Source: Trichoplax sp. H2
Lineage: Eukaryota
Direction of reading: 5' to 3'
DNA: 64,000 nucleotides
NCBI GenBank assembly: GCA_003344405.1
Contig: NOWV01000221.1
Span: forward strand, 1 to 64,000
Part shown: piece after piece, positions 14,323 through 23,976 of the stretch
Position numbering within the stretch: position 1 is the first letter of the stretch
Layout: each line of letters begins with the position of its first letter
The notes under the pieces: generated by a model
Seen by the model: the letters and a program-made list of their open reading frames with translations, nothing else
What the model was told of the DNA's origin: nothing
Databases searched by the model: none
Program-made: the position numbers and the translations under genes

Positions 14323-15011
14323 ATCAGATAGAGAATATGTAAGGCTAACAATAATTTAGATACGTTTAGTATACAAAAACTTCAAGTTGCACAACGGTTT
14401 CTATTCCCAACTAAGAATATTGCTTGTTAACTTATTGTTATGATGGGAATCCTTGTCAAATACGGTAAATATCCTTTAACGCTGGTGTCACAAAACAGCT
14501 TTGCAACAAGATAACGCAATATACGATCAATAAGTCAATTCCTTGAACCACGTATCAAGGAACGATATCTGCACTATCACAAACACTTTTGCTCTACTAG
14601 CAGACTACACAAAGACTTAAACGCCTCGTATTTTACGTTAAACAATAAGTTAGACAATTCTTCTTTATTTCACGATATACTGCATTTATATACTATTTCT
14701 CAATAGTTCATGAGTCATAGTTAATACAATTAACATTAGAATCATTTACTGAATTAGATATTAATTTTAGCTACTGCTCCCTTAATGCAGACAGCAGTAT
14801 TTACGAACATAGACATATAATGACTAATNNNNNNNNNNNNNNNNNNNNATCAGATAGAGAATATGTAAGGCTAACAATAATTTAGATACGTTTAGTATAC
14901 AAAAACTTCAAGTTGCACAACGATTTCTATTCCCAACTAAGAATATCGCTTGTTAATTTATTGTTATGATGGGAATCCTTGTCAAATACGGTAAATATCC
15001 TTTAACGCTGG
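14323..15011. repeat. 163-bp near-identical duplication (14323-14485 vs 14849-15011) flanking gap 14829-14848; probably allelic
   Basis: Direct comparison shows few substitutions; the second copy starts exactly at the gap. Confidence 0.85.
14486..14828. mobile_element. Left-hand end of a putative heterozygous insertion beginning TGTCACAAAAC
   Basis: Copy 1 continues GCTGG-TGTCACAAAAC..., copy 2 continues GCTGG-TCATTCC; the unique sequence runs into the gap. Confidence 0.55.
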
Positions 15012-17202
15012 TCATTCCACTTTATCCCTTGGCGAGGTTATGACCACAACGAAGCATACTTATATAGGGTACTTTAGCATCTGCTAATACAGCTTATAAT
15101 TAACATGCTAGATATTGGTATAGACAATGAACCGGTCATAAATGACAAAAAAGAACATGCTGATTGATTACTGTTTACAATATATCCTATTACATTTAGT
15201 CACAAAGTATAGAATCCCATTCTCTGTCATGTAAAGGTTCATATTTTAAGGTGTTTTGTAGGGAAAAGATTTGATCATGCTAGCCAAGAGTTTAAAAATA
15301 TTGCACAGTAAGCCTGTTATTCGGTTTATACTCGACATTTACCTGCAGTATGACTCTATTTATTGACGATGTCCTGATAGTCAGGATGCTACAGTAAGCC
15401 ACTAACTAGTCTCTTTTGGATAAAACTGAACTCAAATTTTATTGAAAACCAGTTAATATCAAGTGAAAGTACATAAACATTAAAATCATTTCTTATCAGT
15501 ATATAGATAGTATTACCAAACTATACAGTTATTTTAATGATTCAGTAAATAAAATAGATATGATAAAATCCTTCTAATAAGATATCCAAGAAACTAGTTT
15601 AGGGCTACTATGTAAAAGTTACTCCGTGGCAGCACTTTAATTTACATTTATAACCCTACACTAGTTTAATTAATTCAAGATTACCATGTGATACGCTGTT
15701 GCAGATGAATACCTAGATAAAGTGTCTCAAAAATAGCTTTTATGATGCACTAATAAACTATATCACACTAGGGGACATTTATTCTCGCGATTAGGAAATT
15801 GCGTGTCTATTAGCAAATACTACATACGTATAGTAGTTAGGTAATGAATATTGCCTGACCTTACTAGCAAAGTAATAAAGTTAAAAACCTCTAATTAATA
15901 CAATTTATGACGACAATTGGATCCTTAGATGGTCATAAGACGTTGACATTTATAAATTTGTTTATTTGAATAAGATTATATCTGAAGAACTTGCAACATT
16001 TCTGCATATTTTCTCTGTCTGTAGCTCCGCCTATTCCTTCCTTCCAATCCTATTTGTATAAGGTTTATTGCGCTACCACAGAGTTTTTAACGAGTCCTAT
16101 GCAGTATATGATCGCCGATACTGAACGCTATCATGGAACATAAATTTAATTTAGCCACAGCTGCATTTCTAGATAAGTTAATAAATAAATTTAAAATCAA
16201 TGGTTCCGTATGAGATTAACAGTTAACACAAAGGGATCTTAGCTAGCTACGAACTTTCAAAATTGAAATCCTAGAAAATTTCTTTAATTTCTTATCCAAA
16301 ATTCATAGAATTTTATGCCTCACTAATCACCTGGTGTTTCTATCAATATTTTTACTTTTATTTATTATTTTTAAATCACCAGCGAATTTTAATTATATTG
16401 ATTACTCATAGATTTGTATTAAAGTTTATAATAGACGGAGGGAAAAAGCTTGACCATCAAGTAAGAAATTAACGCTTAAAACACCTTGATTTGCGTAGTA
16501 AAAGGACGATGGTGTCTACTTGATCTCACCTTCTATCCTTCTATATGGAAAGGTTCCTAACTACTGTATGTGCCAATAGCATTATAGTTTACCAATGTGA
16601 TTAGAAATGTGTAATTCGGTATATCTTGCGATATAATTTTTAAGCAAATATTTTATAAAAAGCTCCAGTGACGCTGATATCGCAAGATGATCACACCTAA
16701 AGACTTAGGATTTAATCGTCTAAAATATTTGATATCGCCAGCACATTTGCATAATTTTATGATATTGACGATAGCAATCTATTCAATATTGCAGCATGCG
16801 ATGACGCCCTAGGATCAAAGTCAACAAGTTATCACTAGTACTTGCATTCAGAAAAGCAAATAGGCCACAGTAAAAATACCCTAACTATTACTGAGTCCAC
16901 TCTCATTGCAGACATCAATTTGGGCGTTGTACAGTATTAGGGTTTGAATTAAATTGGGTAAGAAATTCGTAGATATAATTCTAAATTCTTTAAAATACGA
17001 ATCGCTATCTACATCAGACCATACTGGTTACTGCGAACATTTTTCGATTTTTTTCTCCTTTAGCTCATATAAAATTGTTTAGTTTTCACTTAATTTTATC
17101 CGTACGTAGTTAATATATTTAACGTGGCTTCAAATTAGCTTTCAACTTTCATAACGAAGTTTGATCACGTTTGAATTTTAATTTTATAGAAAAAAAAACA
17201 TA

Positions 17203-17994
17203 ATGGACAACGGCTATTCACACAGAATTACTGATTTACGGAAACAACTGAGCACACTAACTGAACAATTAGATAGCTCGGAAAAAATGCCAGCATCGAA
17301 ATGCAAACAGCTAACACTCAGCTTAAAAGAAGTTATTAGTTTGGCTAAGGAATTACAGGATGATATCAATGAAGATTCAAGGAAAGCGGAAGATATCAGT
17401 AAGGGCTTGGAATTCGATATGACAAGCTGTGAAAAACGATTAAAACATTTAAGAGCTGAATTAGATAAAGCTAACACCGGAATCGAGCAGAAGGAAGAAC
17501 TTGTTCAGCAAAAGTTAGCTACATTGGAAGGTACCAGAACTAGAGCAGAGGAAATGCACCAAGGATTAGAGGGGATTGATGAAGAAGAAAATAAACTTCG
17601 CGATCAGTGTCGGAGTGAAAAGCAAAATTTAGATCGAGCTGAAATTGCCGTAGAAGGGCTTAATCGCAGTTTGCAAGCGTTACAATTTCGCATGGACCGA
17701 ATTAAATCCAGACGAATGACGGCTGAAGAGAAATTGGGTCGTTATGGTGATGATACCGATGGAGCAAAGTTATCCAAACGGGCACCTAACGATAATGATT
17801 CCGAATCTCAGCAAGGAAATTTCGAAGAAGCTGAAACATCTATGAATGAACTAATTGATAAATTAGCAAAAATAATGAGACGTTGGGAAGAATTGGAACG
17901 AAGAAAGAAATTCTTGCAACTTCAAATTGATAGGGTACAAGAAATAACGGATAATATTAAAACTAAAGTTTCCGATATTGATGCCCAATTGTAA
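17203..17994 (+). CDS. Tropomyosin-like coiled-coil protein, 263 aa, intronless CDS
   Basis: Continuous ATG-TAA ORF, E/K/L/Q-rich heptads. Segments such as RTRAEEMHQGLEGIDEEENKLRDQCRSEKQNLDRAE and RRWEELERRKKFLQLQIDRVQE follow the tropomyosin pattern. Acceptor-like ttttatag lies 13 nt before the ATG (possible 5'UTR intron 16958-17189). Confidence 0.8.
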   Translation: MDNGYSHRITDLRKQLSTLTEQLDSSEKMPASKCKQLTLSLKEVISLAKELQDDINEDSRKAEDISKGLEFDMTSCEKRLKHLRAELDKANTGIEQKEELVQQKLATLEGTRTRAEEMHQGLEGIDEEENKLRDQCRSEKQNLDRAEIAVEGLNRSLQALQFRMDRIKSRRMTAEEKLGRYGDDTDGAKLSKRAPNDNDSESQQGNFEEAETSMNELIDKLAKIMRRWEELERRKKFLQLQIDRVQEITDNIKTKVSDIDAQL

Positions 17995-19772
17995 AACACT
18001 ACCATGAAGTTCTTGCTATAGTCAGTTATTGTTTTACAAAACTTCTTACGATTAATTGATATTCGTCAAGCATAAATTATCTCGAGATTAATGAAATCTT
18101 TGAATCAAGACTGATAAAATACGCAATATCTTTGTAGCATGTTTAACGATAATTTCGTAGCGTAGTTATTGGTATTAGTTTTTTACTGCTCATTTCTAAC
18201 TTCGCTATTTTTATTTGTACTTCAAAAATTTATTCGTGGGATTTTTGACTGATATTGAAATTTATAAGCTCGAGCTTTAATTCTTTAATTCATACGTTTT
18301 GATACTTTTGCAGTCACAGTAGAATCCGATATTTCTGTAATCTACTGTTATAACCGAGCATATTCAAAGCTCATGATTTGTTAATCAAATGTGATTAGAT
18401 AGAAGTAGAATTTAGCTTTATAAATGCTTCAAGAAATTAAACCAATTACCTCGCAAAGCTAAAAAAAGTCCTTTATTTTCAAGCAATATCGTAATGAATG
18501 CATTAGTACTGACCACTTACACTAATATTGATACGATCTGCAAAGCTAAGTGCAGCACTAGTCGCTGGATTATTAAATCTTATCGTTTAGGGGTCGAAAC
18601 TTGCAATAAAATTTCTTTCAAAAATATAAAAGTCAATTTGATTATTGTAAATAATTTAGTGATAAAAGGTAATTGGATACCAGGCAAATAGTAGATTACC
18701 AGTGCATTTTGCAGGCCTGCATCTTTTTTTAAGCACAGCAGTGTAATAGTGTTATCTTAAGGTTGTGTATTTCTTATAGCTTCCTTCGAAGCGGTATCGT
18801 AAGCCAAACTTCAACCTAAGATATCCCCGTCACTTTCTGATTACATTAATAATTTACTTTTATTTGCATTGAAGTATTAGTGAAGACGAACAAAAATTGC
18901 GGATGATTTGAGAGTAATGGTAGACAATTTAATTATTATTGAAAATGCATATACCAACTGTAGAGCCTTGACTTCATTGCTTCGTAAAGTATGAAGTGAG
19001 GAAGTAGTATTTTACAGATCTATTGTGAGGTAAAGATCTTACTGTAAAATTATAGTTTATTCCTTTTTGCACTTACATTTTGAAATTATTCCAATTTTGT
19101 AATAAGACATTTTTAAGCAAATTACAATTTGGGTCTTAAAATGAGATTGAATGAATAGCTATCCAAGCCTATTTTAATGTCTGGTTATAAAGGCTACAGA
19201 GGTGAAGAAGAGCTTCAATCAAAGATACTTAGCTTTAGGCCGAAGTTGGAGATTACCTGGAAAATGTTTAAGCGATACCAACTTGTTCATCTATTTTTAT
19301 TATCATAAGTAGTTAAAGTAGGTAAATTAATCGATGTAAATATAACTTGCTACAGGAGACGTTCTCTATTAGTGTTAAAGAAATTCGCGACACCGTTTTG
19401 CATAAGGCTTCTCTTATAAAAAAGTATTATTTGGATTACAAGAGGTATTGTTCAAGCCACAAATAATTTTCAGTAAGGAATTTACAACCAAAAACTGAAC
19501 TTCAATATCAGTCAAACAGGTTTTAAAGATGAAAGTTAAATTATTGGAAACATGATTCTCTCTTGCGTACAAGGACATTAAATAAAGGCAGTAAATATAT
19601 AAGATTTGAACAATAGTTGGGCCATTGGCCTATTTCTGGTTTATCCATAACTTTAGAATGACTTTATCATATCTCTATATAGAATCTATAGGTAGCACAG
19701 ATCGAAAGAAGAGTACCTAGTACTCTTTTTACGCTATTCATATCCTATTGAGGTGTATGCTTTAGTAAGTAC

Positions 19773-22389
19773 CGCATGCGGTATCTTAATGTAGAAATTT
19801 CAAAATTGTGGTCACTCGTATATCTAGTACGAATAAGTGAATCAAAAATGCTGTCTCATCACTTAGCAGGCTTAGTTATTTGAGGTTTAAGTGCAATTAA
19901 ACTTCAAATATGGAACGCTTGAATAATTATATTGTGGAATCAAACACAATGTCGTTAGATGAGCATAAACGAATTCATACTAAGCAAAATGATGATAAGC
20001 AAGAATGCATGTGCTAGAATATGCAAAATCTCAACATCACAAGCGGTCATGATTCAATTCATATTGTATTTAAGAATATAGTACTCATATAGTGTCTATC
20101 AGATTATGCAAATTAGATCTTTAAAGTATTCACACCTAAAATAGTGTTACGTTTGTAATACTGAATATAACATTATAAGTCCTGTGTTTTAACGAGATCA
20201 CACGGACCCAAGTTCAGAATGTACTAGATATTTGTTTTCGTTGCAAAGGGTAATACCAACTGTATGTTATCTGTTTGATGAGTATAAATGCGTTTGAATT
20301 GTAAAATAAAAGGGGATTTTTGTTGCAGGTCGTTTGCGAGCGTATTATTGTGGCGCAGTAGCTAGTTTATTGCTGAGATCTACGTCCATTTTTGGATTGT
20401 TACGTTGCAGAATAACAAATAGTAACTTAAGTCAGTTACCGTATACGCTGACCAAACAGTGACTTGAAAATGAATACTATGATATTATGTTGTCATGATG
20501 TAAGATACAGTATGATCAAATTAGATATGATCAAACTAGACTGAACCGTGCTGGTCTAAATCAGATGAAATCCTTGACATACCCTATGCAATAAAGTATT
20601 TTACCCCTGGATTAGTAATTTAACTCAGTTACCGCATATATATGTCGTTTACCGTATAGATAATCGGTCATTTTGCAAACGATTATATCATTGTTATAGA
20701 TCTTCTTTGTAACAAGAAACCGGGTCTTAAACACTATCTTCACTAGTACTTGTGTTCCCAATTAACTTAGGGACCTATCGTAGTTGAACTAACTCTCAGC
20801 TACACAAAAAGCTACTATTGAGTAATAGGTTTAACTACTTTACTTTATTTTCGTTAACCTTAGTCGTAAAATGTACTAAAGAAAAACGTAAGAATATTCT
20901 TAGCAATAATAGTCAAAAGATCCTGCAAATGACTAACTGGAACTGAGAAGCTAAGCTAGTGCTCCGCTTTTTATAGTCTCGCCGATGGTACACTTGTGAA
21001 TATTCTTGAAATAGTGGCTTACACCGTACAGTATACATATCATAGTATAACAACTAGAGCCTCAAGGCCCTGCAAAGTAATTGATCTTACACTTATGGTC
21101 TGAACCGGATGCAGTGCTTGACATATACANNNNNNNNNNNNNNNNNNNNGAGTGAGAATTCATGCTTTGCAAGTTACATTAATTAGTATAATACCATTAC
21201 TAAATATACATGTCGATATCCTCAGACTTAGATAGCTACAAGCTATCAGGTGTTAAGACGCTTAACCTTCGTCCATATACAGCTCAATTTTTAGAGATTA
21301 ACACAACTTATAAACCTACAGTAAATTAACTGCTAACAACTTCTATTTTTATCTCATTTCTATCATCCTATTATCAGCTACAAGCGCATTAAAACATAGC
21401 ACATAACCTTATCTTATCTATTCATAAGCATTCATTAATTTACAGTTACTTAATTAGTAACGGCGTACCGTGACACGCATGCGGTATCTTAATGTAGAAA
21501 TTTCAAAATTGTGGCCACTCGTACATCTAGTACGAATAAGTTAATCAAAAACGCTGTCTCATCACTTAGCAGGCTTAGTTATCTGAGGTTTAAATGCAAT
21601 TAAACTTCAAATATGGAACGCTTGAATAATTATGTTGTAGAATCAAACACAATGTCGTTAGATGTGAATAAACGAATTCATACTAAGCAAAATGATGATA
21701 AGCAAGAATGCATGTGCTAGAATATGCAAAATCTCAAAATCACAAGCGGCCATGATTCAATTCATGTTGTATTTAAGAATATAGTACTCATATAGTGTCT
21801 ATCAGATTATGCAAATTAGATCTTCAAAGTATTCATACCTAAAATAGTGTTACGTTTGTAATACTGAATATAACATTATAATTCCTGTGTTTTAACGAGA
21901 TCACACGGACCCAAGTTCAGAATGTACCAGATATTTGTTATCGTTGCAAAGGGTAAGATCAACTGTATGTTATCTGTTTGATGAGTATAAATGCGTTTGG
22001 ATTGTAAAATAAAAGGGGATTTTTGTTGCAGGTCGTTTGCGAGCGTATTATTGTGGCGCAGTAGCTAGTTTATTGCTGAGATCTACGTCCATTTTTGGAT
22101 TGTTACGTTGTAGAATAACAAATAGTAACTTAAGTCAGTTACCGTATACACTGACCAAAAAGTGACTTGAAAATGAATACTATGATATTATGTTGTCATG
22201 ATGCAAGATATAGTATGATCAAATTAGATATGATCAAACTAGACCGAACCGTGCTGGTCTAAATCAGATGAAGTCCATGACATACTATGCAATAAAGTAT
22301 TTTACCCCTGGATTAGTAATTTAACTCAGTTACCGCATATATATGTCGTTTACCGTATAGATAATCGATCATTTTGCAAACGATTATAT
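19773..22389. repeat. ~915-bp duplication (19773-20688 vs 21476-22389), a few percent divergent; probably two haplotypes
   Basis: Direct comparison; the second copy lies on a small contig bounded by gaps 21130-21149 and 22842-22861. Confidence 0.85.
21150..21475. mobile_element. Right-hand end of a putative heterozygous insertion ending ...GGCGTACCGTGACA
   Basis: Unique sequence after the gap ends at GTGACA (21470-21475), exactly where identity to 19773 (CGCATGCGGTATC) begins. Confidence 0.55.
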
Positions 22390-22416
22390 TATCTATACGG
22401 TAAACGACATATATAT
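22337..22416. repeat. Perfect 29-bp inverted repeat with 22-nt spacer
   Basis: ATATATATGTCGTTTACCGTATAGATAAT (22337-22365) and its exact reverse complement (22388-22416). Confidence 0.9.
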
Positions 22417-23352
22417 TGATCAAAACTTTACTTGTCATGATCCAAAATACAATAGTACGATCAAGATTTTTTAACCGTACTGGTCTGAACCGGATGCAGT
22501 GCTTGACATATACAATCTAAGCAGTTAATAACATTGAATTTATAGCATATAAGGTAATATAGTTTAAACTTTCTCATTAACATCGAATAAAAGACAAAAA
22601 TTGGAGCTTGTACTCAGAAGACTAGCCATAAAATAACTTTACCCTGTGCACGATAACCATTCAATTGCACTGAGCTAATACTACCGTACTATTATATGTA
22701 TTGCAAAGTAAAGATGCAACGGTTCCAATTGCTAGCTAAAAATGGCGATGAGCACCTTATAGTGGATCTATAAACACTATCTCATCCCTTAGTGATCGTC
22801 CTATAGTCATTACTTTGGCGATAGACCATAAATTGACAAGANNNNNNNNNNNNNNNNNNNNGGTACACTTGTGAATATTCTTGAAATAGTGGCTTACACC
22901 GTACAGTATACATATCATAGTATAACAACTAGAGCCTCAAGGCCCTGCAAAGTAATTGATCTTACACTTATGGTCTGAACCGGATGCAGTGCTTGACATA
23001 TACAATCTAAGCAGTTAATAACATTGAATTTATAGCATATAAGGTAATATAGTTCAAACTTTCTCATTAACATCGAATAAAAGACAAAAATTGGAGCTTG
23101 TGCTCAGAAGATTAGCCATAAAATAACTATACCCTGTGCACGACAGTCATACAATTGCACTGAGCTAATATTACAGTACTATTATATGTATTGCAAAGTA
23201 AAGATGCAACGGCTCCAATTGCTAGCTAAAAATGGCGATGAGCACCTTATAGTGGATCTATAAACACTATCTCATCCCTTAGTGATCGTCCTATAGTCAT
23301 TACTTTGGCGATAGACCATAAATTGACAAGATACAATAAATTCCAAGTTGCG

Positions 23353-23381
23353 GTTGCTAAGCAAAATCACGTGGCAGCAAC
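23353..23381 (+). promoter_or_regulatory. Putative RFX X-box (GTTGCTAAGCAAA) with adjacent E-box CACGTG and a GCAAC half-site
   Basis: Close match to the X-box consensus GTTGCYA(T)RGCAAC about 0.5-0.6 kb upstream of the first candidate dynein coding exons; RFX regulates ciliary genes. Confidence 0.5.
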
Positions 23382-23976
23382 AGCTTTGATAATTTTAACT
23401 TGTCATCATTGATTAAGTAACAGAATTATATTTTAGTTATTGTTTTCAACTAGACACTGAATAATAATTATACATAGAACAAAACATTACATTACTAGAC
23501 TACCGGATCATCCTTTTAACATAAATTACTGTAACATGTCAAAATTGCCTCTTGGTAATCAGTAATTAACTGTTTTATATTGTATTGTATACGTTGAAAC
23601 AAATTGCAAATAATTTCTACCCATTTTAGTACAACAGTTACACGTCGCGATCGAAAAGTGATAACTCCTACTTTGAAAACTTTATACATTACTTCAACAG
23701 TTAGAGCGATTAGCACCTCTAGATTGTCATTCACTGACACCAATATCGATACTAAGTTTTAAGTTAGATAGCGATCATGGCTTTATGTAGGCTTCTACTA
23801 TCAAAATTATAAGGTAGCGGAAACAAATACAAGTCGTTTGTAACATGGCGAGTTCTAAGAATTTACCTGTAAGTTACATTGGATTAAAATGTTCTAATGC
23901 TATTACATGAGCAATAAATACCTGTCATAATTCTTTATCAATTCGTATATCGGAAATAATGATTCTTATTTTTAGC

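Larger units (their letters stand above)
20987..23331. repeat. Further gap-flanking overlaps: 20987-21129 = 22862-23004 (identical) and 22481-22841 ~ 22971-23331 (near-identical)
   Basis: Direct comparison; consistent with haplotype A contig / haplotype B contig / haplotype A contig order. Confidence 0.85.

Noticed and set aside
19773..23331. True tandem segmental duplications or a CRISPR-like array
   Set aside because: Copies abut N-gaps and one overlap is identical, which fits haplotype contigs placed in series; no repeat-spacer periodicity, and the DNA is eukaryotic.
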